DNA from: Azolla caroliniana
Taxonomy: Eukaryota; Plantae; Polypodiophyta
Length of the DNA: 64,000 nt
Direction: 5' to 3'
Assembly (NCBI GenBank): GCA_043228905.1
Contig: JBHGNT010000017.1
Coordinates: forward strand, 15,748,001-15,812,000
The notes below the pieces were generated by a model. The model saw only the letters and a list, made by a program, of their open reading frames with translations, had not been told where the DNA came from and did no database searches. Shown here piece after piece: positions 1-12,800 of the stretch. A program made the position numbers and the translations under genes. The number at the start of each line of letters is the position of its first letter. Position 1 is the first letter of the stretch.

Positions 1-62
1 CCCAAACTTGATCTATACAAAGGGATAGTGTGAATACGTCCATTATACACTTGTATTCGACA
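1..62 (-). repeat. Partial 3' LTR of Copia-1; PPT (ACGGGGGAG on minus strand) at 63-71
   Basis: 1-62 matches 5285-5346 with one visible substitution and ends in ...TTCGACA. Confidence 0.93.
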
Positions 63-255
63 CTCCCCCGTAATGGGCGTATACATGGGTTATCTAAGAT
101 TACAGGCATAAACCTAGGTTCTCGGACATATCAGTTTTGTTCGAGTCGGCAGGGTCCGAAGGCAGAAGACCGAACTGGTCGGGTCGGAAGAGTTGAAGCC
201 GATCATTAAGGAACTGATGTCGGTTGTCGGAAACCATCCTGCGATGTGTCTGGCT

Positions 256-3200
256 CTAACCGGACTGGTTTGTCGTTACGCCCATCTGATGCCGAAGGGA
301 CCGAAAGCGGTCTGCCGAAAGACACTTGGTCATTCCATCTGCGACATTGTCGGTTGTGGATATTTTCTCTAGACCGATTTTCCCTGAAATGACGCAGTCC
401 CGAACGAAGTGATATCGAACGTCGATATGTTTGGAGGCGTTGTGGTGAACCGGATTTTTCGACAAGGCAACAACACCTTGACTGTTGCTATAGACAACTG
501 GGGCCGAGTCATGGTCGACTTGTCGAAACGTGTGCGCCAGCCGGCCGAGCCACAAAGCTTCTTTTGCAGCGTCGGACGCAACTACATATTCTGCTTCGGT
601 CGTTGAGGTCGCTGTGCACTCCTGAAGTTTCGACTTCCACGAAATTGCTCCATTGCCGAATTTGAAGCAGTATCCAGTTGTTGATTTCTGACTGTCTATA
701 CAGCCGGCGAAGTCCGAGTCGGTGTAACCGACTACGCCTGTAGTTGAGTTCGGACCGAAAAGAATGCTGTGGTCTTTTGTGCCAGCCAGATATTTGAACA
801 CATGCTTGACTGCGTTCCAATGCGATCGGCCAGGATTGTGCATAAATCTGCTAACGACTCCTACGGCATGAGAAATATCAGGCCGTGTCGCGACCATCAG
901 GTACATAAGGGAGCCGACTGCCGGTGCATACGGTACCGACTTCATATCTTCCCCCTCCGGACCGGATGTCGGGCAGTCTCGCTGAGAGAGCCGAAGATTC
1001 ATGGGGAGCGGGGTTGAAGCAGATTTGGCTGATTGCATGTTGAAGCGTTCCAAGACACGTCCGATATAGTCGGTCTGAGACAAAAAAAGATGTCGTTGAT
1101 CGCGATGCCGACTAATATTCATGCCAAGTATGTGTCGTGCCGGACCGAGGTCCTTCATGGCAAACTTCAACCGCAGTTGCCGAATGAGATCGGCAAGTTC
1201 GCCTGCGTGGCGTCCAGAAATTAGCATGTCGTCCACGTAAATGATGAGGAAGATGGGTGATCCATCTTGAGCTGTGTTGGTAAAAAAACAATGGTCCTCA
1301 TCGCTTTTTGAGAAGCCGATCGATTGGATGAAGTCGTCGAACTTCTTGTACCATTGTCGCGGTGCCTGTTTGAGGCCGTATAGACTCTTCCTGAGTCGGC
1401 AGACTAGATGTTCTTGGCCAGTTGCCACGAAGCCTTTTGGCTGCTCCATATAAATTTCCTCTTCAAGATCACCATGGAGGAATGCTGTTTTGACATCTAG
1501 CTGAATCAGCTCCAAGTTGTCGGCTGCCACTACGCCGAGTAGAAAAAGAAGGGTTGTCATTTTCACCACTGGTGAAAAAATCTCGTCGAAGTCGACGCCA
1601 TATTCTTGTCGGAAGCCCTTCGCAACTAATCTGGCCTTGTACTTTGGGGTGGTCGAATCAGGCGTCTCTTTTAGTCGATAAACCCACTTGCAAGGAAGAG
1701 CACGTCGGTTCCTAGGTAATTCGACCAGATCCCAAGTCTTGTTTGCCCGAATGGAGTGCATTTCCGACTCCATCGCCAGATGCCAGGTGGCGGAATCGAC
1801 AGATGTCGATGCTTCTTCGTAAGACGTCGGTTCGCCGGCGTCGGTGAAGAAAATTTCAGGAGAATACCTCTCCGGAGGTTGCGACAGTCTCTCGGATCGT
1901 CGAGGTATGATTGGACTGGTCGCATCGGGTATCGAGGTCGGATGGTCCGAAAGCTGCTGTGCCGAGTCAGAGTTGTCCGAATCGGTAGTGTAAGGTTCAG
2001 CTACCCGTGAAGCTGACCGTGTGTTAAGAGCGGGGCCTTCTTGAATGGTCGGCACATCGGAAAATGTTACCCTTCGGACTTCGATCGGTGTTTTGACTGA
2101 TGGATTCATAGCCGACTCGTTGAACACAACGTCCGAACTTCGGACGATTTGTCTGCGTTCGGGGTCCCAGAGTCGGTATCCCATTTCGCCGTCGGAACCA
2201 TATCCAAGGAAAATGCATTTCCTGGACCGAGGTGCAAGTTTTCGGCGATCATCTTTCAGAATAAGGGCGTACGCCTCGCATCCGAAGATCCTCAGCTTGT
2301 CGTAATTCGGCTTACTGCCGATCCATAGTTCCTGAGGAATTTGAAGTCCTAGAGGTCTGCTTGGCGACATATTGATTATGTGTACTGCCGTGAGTAGAGC
2401 CTCTGCCCAGAAGCCATCTGACAGTCCGGAGTGTTGGAGCATGGAAACTATCCGTTCTTGGATTGTCCGATTCATGCGTTCGGCAATCCCGTTTTGCTCC
2501 GGACTGTGTGGTGCCGTAAATTCACGTCGGATGCCGCGTTGTCGGCAGAATTTGACGAATTCTTCTGATTTGAACTCTCCCCCATTGTCGGTCCGAAAGC
2601 ATTTCAGTTTTCGGTCGGTTTGATTTTCTACCATAGCGAGCCAATCGGAGAAGATCGAGAAGACACGATCTTTGGTGCGAATTGGATAAGCCCACACCTT
2701 TCGAGTCGAATCGTCAATAAAACTGACGAAGTAAGAGGCACCGCCGAGAGACTGATGCGGCATTGGGCCACAGACGTCCGAGTGGACCAAATCGAGAGGT
2801 CTCGTTTCTCTTGGTGCTGATGTCGGGTGTGATGCGGCTGCTTGTTTGCCATACTGGCAATGCTCGCAGAATTGATGGTCGGAGAAGGAGAGTTTAGGGA
2901 TGTATCCGGCTCTAGATAGATGCGTAATGCCGGCCTTGCTGAGGTGTCCTAATCTTCTGTGCCATAGTGATGACACAGGAATATCCACCAAAAACAGGTT
3001 ACCCTCTCTGAGCGTAACATGTAACGGATATAGTGAGTGTATCTTGGGTCCTCTAGCAAGCAGGAGGTTCCCCCTGTGGAGTGTCCACCCTCCCGAAGAA
3101 AAACCGGCACGAATGCCGTCTTCATCTAGTTGTCCGACTGAGATCAATGGCCTTGAGAGCTCGGGTACATGTCGGACATTGTGAAGTACAAGTGTAGAGC

Positions 3201-4281
3201 CACCTGCAAGGTTGAGCTCTACTGTGCCGATTCCAATGATGTCACAGTGTTGCGAGTTACCGACTCGAACTGAGTCGGAGTGACGGATCGTATATTGCCG
3301 AAATTGGGATCGATGAGGAGTCACGTGAAATGACGCGCCCGAATCTAAGAGTCATGTGCTTGATTCTTCAGTCGTGAGCAGAACTTCTGATCCGACTGGA
3401 TTTTCGATTGATAGTATATTCGGGTCGTTTGGTAGCACATCAGCTGAGAAGCTGACGTAATTGATCTCCTCATGCCGGCCACTCTTCTTGTCTGATCTCT
3501 GAGACTTGTCGTTCTTGTTCTTGAGTGCGCGGCAGTCGGCTTTGATGTGTCCGGGTTTCTTGCAATAGTTGCAGATTCGATTATCCCGTGACTGGCTCTG
3601 TCTTCGCTGATTGTTCGGCGGCCGTGAGGAATCTCTTCCTCGTATGTTCGATCGGTCTGTCGAACCTTGTACTACGTAAGCGTCGTCTGTTGAGTCTTTG
3701 GCGAAAGACTTTCTCCGAGCTGCTTCGGTCAGGATTGCGCTCGTGACTTCGGAGTATTTAACAGCCGTGGTTGACGCGTTGCACACGGTTGTGACGAAAG
3801 TTTCCCATGATGAGGGAAGGCTGCTCATGAGTATCATTGCTCTGAGTTCATCCTCGATTGTCGTCCCCTGTGACGAGATTTGGGAGCTTATGCTTTCGTA
3901 CTCATTGAGATGTGCTTGAACCGAATCGGATTCTTTCATCCGCAAGTTGTAGAGGCGCCGGATCAGAAACATCTTCGTTGCAGCGACCTTCTTTTCGTAG
4001 GTGTCCGACAGTGTTTTCCACAGTTCGAATGCTGTCGTACACGATTGCACCGTAAAGTATACCGATTCCGATAGGTGCATCCGAATCGTGGCGCGGACGA
4101 TTCTGTCCAGCTTCTGCCACTCAATTGGTTTGTATCCTTCTAGAGGTTCTTCATTTTCGATGGGATCGATTTGCCCCTTGACTATGAGATAGTCCTGCAT
4201 TTGCTCCTTCCAGAAGTTGAAGTTCGATCCATCGAACTTTCGTAGACTCATTTCTGACGAGCCGGATGTTGATGCCATCAA
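256..4281 (-). pseudogene. Copia-1 gag-pol polyprotein; single frame broken by one stop at 3352-3354
   Basis: ORFs 3352..4281 and 256..3324 are in one frame. The junction reads S-T-*-L-L-D-S-G-A-S-F-H-V-T, i.e. TGG>TGA at the conserved Trp before the protease DSG. Confidence 0.92.
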
Positions 4282-4963
4282 ATTTGGTTTCGGTTGACGA
4301 AGCTCGGTTCGGAGTTGACTACGAACCTTGTTGGAGTGCAGCCGGTTGGCTCACCCGATATCGTTCTAGTCGGATTTGAACCCGAGTCGGTTCGGCTTCG
4401 GATATATGTATTGTTGAACTTGCTCGAATTGACTCCGGTAATTTGAGGGACAGAACCGACTGGTCTTCCCGAATGTTGCCGAGTCGGAGTGAGCCCGGTT
4501 CGCTTCCAAATATATATGCCAAATACCGATTATTGAATCCGATTGTCTGGACCGATTCTGCTTCGGGTGACTGCAGCGACGAGAGAGACGGATCCAACTG
4601 ATCCTCTCGAATGTCGATCAGCCGGATGAAGCACGAATTGGGGTTGTTGTCTTGAGACCGATCTGCACTGAGTGGTTACAATGAGCGACGAGCAGCGTTT
4701 GATGACCTCTTCGGATGTCGTTTAACCGAGTGGAGCACGATCGTGTCAATGTTGCACAAGGGGATTTCACCTCGAGCGGTTACGATCACAAGAAACAGAG
4801 TACAACCGGCTGGCTTACTCCAAGCGAAGATGATCTAACGCGATGAGATGCAAGCCTCGTTTTTTTCTTCTTCTTCTCTCTTCTTCGAATGACGCAGGAA
4901 ACCGAATGCTGTGCAGGCTGAGACGACGTCCGACAGCGGATTGAAGGACCGAATACTGTGCAG

Positions 4964-4975
4964 GCTCTGATACTA
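4964..4975 (-). promoter_or_regulatory. Primer binding site, tRNA-iMet type (TAGTATCAGAGC; canonical TGGTATCAGAGC)
   Basis: Lies 2 nt inside the 5' LTR boundary; one G>A change from the canonical PBS. Confidence 0.85.
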
Positions 4976-4977
4976 GA

Positions 4978-5065
4978 TGTTGGAGACAAGGTCGTCTATG
5001 CGGAAGATCAAGAAGCATTCGATTCTGTTCTGTACCTGCGTATGACAGTTTCTAGGTCGTTGCAC

Positions 5066-5160
<95 letters not shown>

Positions 5161-5346
5161 CACAAAACGACTCTTTCTATTCCATAAAGCAATAATACAA
5201 CCCAACCTTACAAAAAGGTTACAAGGTCACTATATATAGTGACAGACTTAGGGCATCTACCATTTATGCTAATTACACAAATGGCCCAAACTTGATCTAT
5301 ACAAAGGGATAGTGTGAATACATCCATTATACACTTGTATTCGACA
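4978..5346 (-). repeat. 5' LTR of Copia-1 containing a long (GA)n/(TC)n tract (about 5065-5159)
   Basis: TG...CA termini (TGTTGGAG...TTCGACA), adjacent PBS, match to 1-62. Confidence 0.93.
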
Positions 5347-5387
5347 CCAACTTCAAGCTTTGCTCGGAGCTCGAACAAGCAACGGAC

Positions 5388-6074
5388 TTGAAGAAGGTAG
5401 TGGAGGAAAGGATCCTTGATAGTTGTGTAGAGTTTACTCTACGAGAGGTCCTTGGAATTGCCAAGAAAGAATTCCACGAGGTCATCATCGACCTAATGAA
5501 AAGGAAGCGGCTCTCGACGGAGCAAGAAGTGGCAAAGCCCGCAATTGTAAATGCATTGTCAACTGAGGTGCGCGAGGAAGACGAAGACTATGCAGACCGT
5601 CACTACACGAGGCCTCATTGGGCAAGAGCGACAATGGAGACACCGGTACGGGTTGGAGATGTAAAAGAGCCAGTTGTAGCATTGATCAACCATGGCTTTG
5701 AGATAAACCTTATGTCCATGGACTTTTATAAAAAGGGAAAGTGGCCGATCAACACGAAGCACGGGTGGAAGATTAGAGCGATGACCCGAGCAATCGAGGA
5801 GCTATACGGGACTTGCACGAATGTACGGGTGAAGGCGGGGGATGTAGAAATAGATCAACATTTCTTCGTTCAAGAGACGTCCTCGCACCCGGTCATCTTG
5901 GGTGAACCATACAACACAGTGGCTCGCATGGAGATGAAGGTGCTAGAAAGCGGGTCGGCATATGCGAGGGTCAAGAGCCAAGATGGGAAGCATTCGGTCC
6001 AATTCCTTACGGTGAGGCCCAACCATGAGTGCAATCGAGCCTCCCTCAAAGGGGAGAGCCGAGAGGATTTTTGA
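5388..6074 (+). pseudogene. Gypsy-A ORF1 3' part: Gag C-terminal region fused in frame to aspartic protease
   Basis: LKKVVEERILDS segment (found in the Gag ORF of Gypsy-G) continues without a break into PR; ends GAG GAT TTT TGA. Confidence 0.85.
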
Positions 6075-9000
6075 TGCGGGCTATTAAAGAGTGGGGCTGC
6101 AATAGCCGAAACAAACTAAGACCCTAAACCCTTGCAAAACTGCTAAATGTAATAGGAAACAATTTTGGTTCTCCGAAAATGGAGCTTGTAAAATTACTAG
6201 TTTAAGTGATAGAGATAAGCCTAGGGCCAAGAGATACGAAAGGTATCTCAAACAATGTAATTTATTAGGGGAAGATGACACCATAAGCGGCGCCATGGAG
6301 GCGGTCTCGTTCAACGACACTCTCAGAGAGATGGAGAGGATAGTTGCTTTGGGCCTCAATGAAGACAAGGTAATTCCAGTCAACTCAGTTGACATGTACA
6401 CCGCCATCGAAGAGCTTGGACGGTTGATCGAGGAAGTGAGGACGGTCGAGGTGCAAACGAAGTACAAGACCATGGACAAGAAGGTGAAGCCTGTGGCTGC
6501 CCCATTTCCTAACAATAGTTGGGATCAGATAAAGGGGGTAGCGGCTGATCCTAGCTTGCGGGACCCACGAGGCATAGGGCACCGGTTCACCGATGAGATG
6601 CGACAGAAGCTCCGGATTGGTGGGGGTGGCTTCCTATTGCCTAGGGACGATGAAAGATTTAGAAGGATGATCGAAAGTCATGGAAGGGCTTTCGCCTTCT
6701 CGTCGGGTGAGATAGGGTGCGTAAACCCTAAGATCGTGGAGCCAATGGTGATCTTTACGGTACCGCATGTACCATGGAACATCAAACCAATCCCAGTTCC
6801 GAGAGCTCACATCCCGAAGTTGATTGAGGTACTCAAGGAAAAGATCAAGATGGGTATCCTCGAGCCATCAAGTGCCCCATACCCGAATCGGTGGTTCATT
6901 GTGCCAAAAAAGAACGGCACCTTACGCTTCATCCAAGACTTACAACCTATTAATCAAGTGACAATTCGAAATGCAAGGGTCGGGCCAAGCGTTGACGAAT
7001 TCGATGAGGCCTTCGTTGGAAGGTCTATTTATTCGATCGGAGATCTATACTCGGGGTATGATCAATTCCAACTAGTCGTGGAGAATAGGGACATCACGAC
7101 GATGTGGACCCCTATTGGCCTAGTTCAAATGTGTACCTTGCCACAAGGAGGCATTAACTTTGTAGCCCACATGGTAAATGCAATGAACAAGGTATTGAGA
7201 GATTGCATCTCCGACATCACCATGTCATTCCTCGATGACATCCCCATAAAAGGGTGCTCTGATGCAAAGAAAGATGAAACCTTGGACGAGGATGGGTGCA
7301 GATGTTTTGTGGTAGATCACATCTCTGATTGCGAGAAGGTTCTACAAAGACTGGAAGATGCACTCTTGACCTTCTTAGGTGAGAAATCGGTATTCGGCCA
7401 ACCATAGATTCTTGTGGTGGGACACTTGTGTGGGGTGTACGGACGGAAGCCATCCCCAGCAAAGGTGGACGCCATCATAGATATGAGGGAAGAATGTAAA
7501 TCGCAGACAGAGGAGAGGTGATTTCTTGGTGCCTGTGCATTCTACCACATCTGAATCCCGCACTACGCTCACCTAGCCGAGCCTTTGTATGGGCTACTCA
7601 AGAAGGGGTGGAAGTTCAAGTGGGAGGAAGAGCACACAAAAGCAATGAAGAGGCTCAAAGGAATGGTAGCGGCTCCAACTTTACGAAAAGCCGTATACAC
7701 GGAAGGGGTGCCCATCTACGTGATGGTAGATACGAGTCCAACAGGGATCAGATGGGTCATCAACCAAGAAGGAGAGGATGGTGCACGCTACACCATCCGG
7801 TTCGGAGCCAAGGTCTTAAGCGAGCAACAACGAGGATACTCCATAGTAAAACGTGAGCTTTGGGGTATTGTGTCCGCAGTGAAGGCGGATAAATATTACC
7901 TAATCGGGTCAGAGGTGGTAATAGAGACACATTGCCTTCCAATCCTAGGGATGGTTTCGGGATGTGCACCTGATTTAAAGCTATGCTAAGATGATTCCTT
8001 ACATCAAATCAATGAACCTGGAGATTCACCACATTTCAGGGAAGAACAATGCCATGGCATATATGTTATTGAAGGCAAGATTCGAGGGCGAAAGCGACAT
8101 GATGTCCGAAGACGAGGAGGTCGCTCTTGAATTCTTTAAGGCAGCCGAAGCGTGTATAGATGTGCGAGATCTGCGAGTGCTCCACGCCTTTAACGAAAGT
8201 GAATACGAAGGGGAGTGGCTACACATTGGCAAGTTCTTAAGCTCAATGACGGTGGATAGTTCATGGTCAAAGGAGGAAGCATAGAGAGTCCGAAAGAAAG
8301 CGTACAAGTACTTCCTACGAGGGGGATTCCTCTAGAGGCACCCGAAGAGAAGGACAGGGACACCACAACGAGTGGTCATCAAGGAAGAGGACCAGACAAC
8401 ATTGATGTCTAAGTTCCACAAGAGTCCTTGGGCGGGCCATAGAGGAACATGGGCAACATTTGAGAAGTTAAAGGAGAAGTATTGGTGGCCGGGAATGTAC
8501 AAGGATGTCGCCCATTTTGTGGGGACGTGTGAAAGCTGCCAGATACACTCAAACATTGCACTTGACCTACCCACTCACCATACACTTCAAATGGATGGTG
8601 GATTTGGTTTCGATGCCGATGGGAGTGGGCCAAATGAAATATTTGGTGCTAGCAAGAGAAAACCTAACAAACCAGGTAGAAGGGTGAGCCTTAGCAAACA
8701 AAATGACGGCGGGGGTGTGTAAATTCTTACTTGAAGATGTCATCTGCCGATACGGATTTCTGGGAAAGATAGTGGCCGACAGAGGAGAGTTGAACGCTCA
8801 CAAAGCTACAGAGCTCTTTGAACGACTTGGAGTGAAGCGCTCTCTCACGACTGCTTATAACCCGGAGGCAAATGGAAAGATAGAATGCGGACACAGGCCT
8901 ATCGTAAAAGTCATTGTAAGAGTTTGCGATGGGCGAGTCGGGAACTGGCCTCGGTTACTACCTTATGCCTTGTGGGCCAACATAACAACTCACAGCTCAG

Positions 9001-9465
9001 TTATAGGTTTCATGCTAGCTGAACTCATGTAGGGACAAAAGCCAGTGATGCTCATTGAAGACACGATTGCGTCATGGGTAGCGATGTCGTGGGAAAACGA
9101 GATGAGTTGAGAAGAGCTTCTAGCAACAAGGATAAGGCAACTTGAGAGAAGATCCGAAGACTTGGAGTTGGCAAAGGAGAGGTTAGAAGCGGCTAGGCTA
9201 AGTAACAGAGCCCGATTCGACAAGACACATCGACTACGCCTTTGAAATATCGAAGAAGGAGATTGGGTGATTGTGTATGATGGTAGTCTCGACAATCAAC
9301 ATAGCTCAATGCGGAAATTCGCAAAGCGATGGTTCGGGCCATACGTGGTAACGAATGCAAACGATAATGCCACCTACCACCTCGCTGAACTTGGTGGGAC
9401 CAAGATGGCAGTACCAATAGCAGGGAAGCGGGTGTATGATTGTGTATGATGGTAGTCTCGACAAT
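6065..9465 (+). pseudogene. Gypsy-A pol (RT, RNase H, integrase), multiple stops and frameshifts; last part resumes at 14515-14766
   Basis: ORF fragments 6295..7407, 7585..7989, 7991..8284, 8372..8722, 8703..9032, 9267..9449, 14491..14766 carry RT/RH/IN motifs including WFGPY. Confidence 0.88.
9268..9465 (+). repeat. 169-bp tandem duplication in the Gypsy-A integrase 3' region; second copy split by Copia-B (9437-9465 plus 14515-14651)
   Basis: TGATTGTGTATGATGGTAGTCTCGACAAT starts at both 9268 and 9437; 9297-9433 recurs at 14515-14651. Confidence 0.9.
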
Positions 9466-9846
9466 TGAAAACGTAAGTGTTTGCGGAAGCATAAAACAGA
9501 GAACAACACACATAGAGAGAGAGAGAGAGAGACAGAGAGAGCAGAACGTAATTTCAAAATTATATCGAGACTCTGTATACACACTGTGCTAAGTAGCACT
9601 ATTTATACAAGTCCTCTTGGGATTGATAGAAGTACTATGTACTTCAATGCTCACACGAGCATCTGACACTTACTACGAGACTATAGCTACCTAGTAGTCT
9701 ATCCTATACTAGGCTTCCGATTGGACTTCCGGTTACGGATTGCACCCGGCCTCCACTGCTTGCCGGTTCGGTTGCTCACCGTCATACCGATCCGTTTCGC
9801 CCGATCCGTCTCGCTTACCGGCTCCGGTTGAGCTTGCCGCTCAACA
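9466..9846 (-). repeat. 3' LTR of Copia-B
   Basis: TGAAAACG...GCTCAACA; lacks a 24-bp segment present in the 5' LTR and differs in the GA tract. Confidence 0.95.
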
Positions 9847-12800
9847 CTACCCCTCAAGCTCAACCTGAGGTGGGGTCGTAGTGTCGACCTTTGTGGCAGT
9901 CGGTTCTTCCAACCGACTTCTCCTGGCGTCACTCCGCCTTGCTCGCGCTCCTCGTCCGGTCCGGTCCCGTTTGCCGCGACCCCTTTGGTTCTGCGCGCCT
10001 CGACCCTCTCGGTCGGCATGTCTGCTCAATAGGCCCATCTCAACACTCACGTTGCTGTGACTCCGGCGCTTGCCGATCCGTCGGTTCTCCCACGATGGCA
10101 TCGACTTCTGCTGTGTCCGTGTCCCCTTGGCCTTCAGCCGATCCGACTCATCCGGATCCATCAGTTGATCCGAGTCAGCAGTCTCTGACTCGTTCCAGCT
10201 CTTGTCCGAGTCGGTACACTCCGATTCGACTTCCAGCTTCAGGCCTCTCACCACATCGGACCACTTCCGAGTCTTGGCCTTCTCCATGCTTCGCTCGGCT
10301 TCTTCAGCTGGTGAACCGAAATCGAATTCTTCATTCGACTCCGCATCATGGTCAGTACCGTCGTGATGACCTCCGCACAGGATGCACTTCTCTTCCTGAG
10401 TGCACAACTCTTCTTCACAGCCGCTTGCTCCGACCTGTTCGGATGTGTCGACTTCCTTCGTCGACTCGGCTTCCTTCATCTTCTTGTCTCCTCTTCTTCC
10501 GGCTCTCCTCTTACCGATGGGTTCAACAATTTTTTGGCCTTTGCCCGTTTCGGTAGAGACTTTGCCCTTGCTTCTCCCCCTCAAGTGCGGCACGTCGAGA
10601 TGCTGAATACCAAGCATGTCGGTAAAATGCTGCAACTTGTCCGATCCAAGCGGCTTGGTGAAGATGTCGGCAACTTGCCGATCCATATGAACATACTGTA
10701 GGTCAACTTCACCGCTCAGGACCCGCTCACGCACGAAGTGGTAGTGCACCTCGATGTGCTTTGTGCGAGCATGGAACACAGGGTTCCTGGCGAGTTGTAG
10801 GCTGCTCATGTTATCGCAGTAAATCGGGATCGGGGTCGGTACCTCGATCCGCAAGTCTTGCAGCAGTCGCCGAAGCCAGATGGCTTCACAAGTGGCAACG
10901 GTAGCGGCCAGGTCCTTCATTTCGAATGCGTCCGACAACTGGGACTTACGCGGTTGATTTCGGGAAGACCCGGTCTGGTGATGACTAAATCATCCACATA
11001 CAAGAGTATACATACCGGACCTCATCTTCGCCACAGGAGCGAAGGTCTCGTCGTAGTCGATTCCGTGGGTCTGCGCGTATCCCTTTGCCACTAACCGGGC
11101 TTTGTACCGGTTAACAGAACCGTTGGCGTTGTACTTGACTTTGTACACCCACTTGCATCCGATCGGTTTACAATGACTGGGAGGATCAACTAGGTCCCAA
11201 GTTTCATTGGCATCGAGTGCCCACATTTCTTCATCCATTGCGGCATGCCAATTTGCGTCCTTTGCCGCTTCTGCGTAGCTCTCCGGCTCACGCACTTCTG
11301 TTACCTTAGTCATGTACGCATAATGATGCGCCATGTATTCATTGTACCCGTACCGCATGACGGGATCCTTCTGACGGGTTGATCGACGCAATGCACCGTG
11401 ACCTGATTTGAGGCCCTTTTTGGCCAGTTCGGTCTTCGTTGCCGAAGATCTGCCTTTCTCCTTTCCGGAGTCGGATACGCACCGATCCGACTCATCGTTG
11501 CCGGTTTCGAATTCCGGCATCTTCCTTTTCCCCTTCTCTTTGCGCGTGAACCGTTTCCTTGGTTCCTTGCGCGGGGAGAGCACGACAGAGTCTCCACCAC
11601 TTGCCGTCTCTTCATCCGACTGGTCCAACCAACTCAGTCGCTCCTTCGGTCCACTCAACCGTAACGATTCCGGACTCTCATCTTGAGTCCCAGCTTCGTC
11701 ATCCTCTGTCAGGGCTGATTCAGGCTCACTGGCCTGATCTTCCGGCATTGGGTCGGGATCGGAAGTCGGAGTCGGTACGGACTACCAGGATGCCGATTCA
11801 TCGAACTCGACATCCCGGCTAACTCGGACTTCCTTCGTCCGGGGGTTATAGCACTTATACCCCTTTTGCTCTTGAGCATAGCCGACTAGGATGCATTTTT
11901 CCAATTTCGCATCCAACTTTCTCCGCTTCTGATCCGGCAAGTGCACATACGCTATGCTGCCAAATATCCGAAGGTGTCTTAAGTTCGGCTTGTGCCCGAA
12001 ATACAACTCATGAGCTGACACCTTGTCACCAATGCGGTTTTGTATGTAGACGGCCGTCCGGACCGCCTCTGCCCAGTAGAACCGGGGCATGCTCTTCTCC
12101 TCCAGCATTGCCCTTGCCACTTCAACAAGTGTCCGGTTCTTCCTTTCGGCCACACCGTTTTGCTCCAGTGTGTATCTGCAGCTGAACTCTCGCCGAATTC
12201 CCTTTTGCTGTAGATAACTAGTGAATTGGCTGGAAAAATATTCCTTTCCGCCATCCGACCGAAGGCATTTGATCTTCCTCTCCGATTCCCGTTCCACCAT
12301 CTTCTGGAGGCTCCGGAAACAGTCAAAGACTTCGCTCTTCTGCTCAATGAGGTAGATCCAAGTATGTCGAGTATAGTCGTCGATGAAGGAGACGAAGTAT
12401 CGGCTCCCGCCAAGGCTTACACTTTGTGCCGGTCCCCACACATCCGAATGGATGAGATCGAGCTTGTTACGGCTCCGGTTCCGTTCGGTGGGGAATGGAA
12501 GCCGGTGTTGCTTCCCAAGTTGGCAGGCTTCACAAATTTCGGCTCTCCGGCTGCTGAACTTCGGCAAACCGAAAACGACTTGTTTCGTTTGCAGGTCTTG
12601 AAGCCTCCGGTAGTTGACGTGGCCTATCCGCTTGTGCCACAGGTCGATGTCCGACTCGACCTTCTGTCGTTTCGTGAACAGAGCGGTGCCAAAGTCATTG
12701 GTGTTGAGGATAAACATCCTCCCGTCTCTGTGCCCTTGCGCAATGACTTCGCCCTCATGCTCAATGAAGTACCCGAGGTGCGTAAACTGCACCTGCATCC

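Larger units (their letters stand above)
1..5346 (-). mobile_element. Ty1/Copia LTR retrotransposon (Copia-1), nearly complete; 3' LTR runs off the window start; inserted into the gag region of Gypsy-A
   Basis: Gag (CNYCKKPGHIKADC knuckle), PR (LLDSGAS), IN (HSDVCGP, TDNGGEF, NGIAER), RT (YVDD), RNase H (YTDSD) in Copia order. 5' LTR 4978-5346 matches 1-62. PBS and PPT flank the internal region. Confidence 0.97.

Noticed and set aside
3352-3354. Programmed stop-codon readthrough between Copia-1 gag and pol
   Set aside because: The TGA replaces the conserved Trp of W-L-L-D-S-G; a TGG>TGA mutation is the simpler explanation.
4958-5239. ORFs with RERE/LSLS runs (also 14029..14238, 21390..21614)
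   Set aside because: Translations of (GA)n microsatellites.
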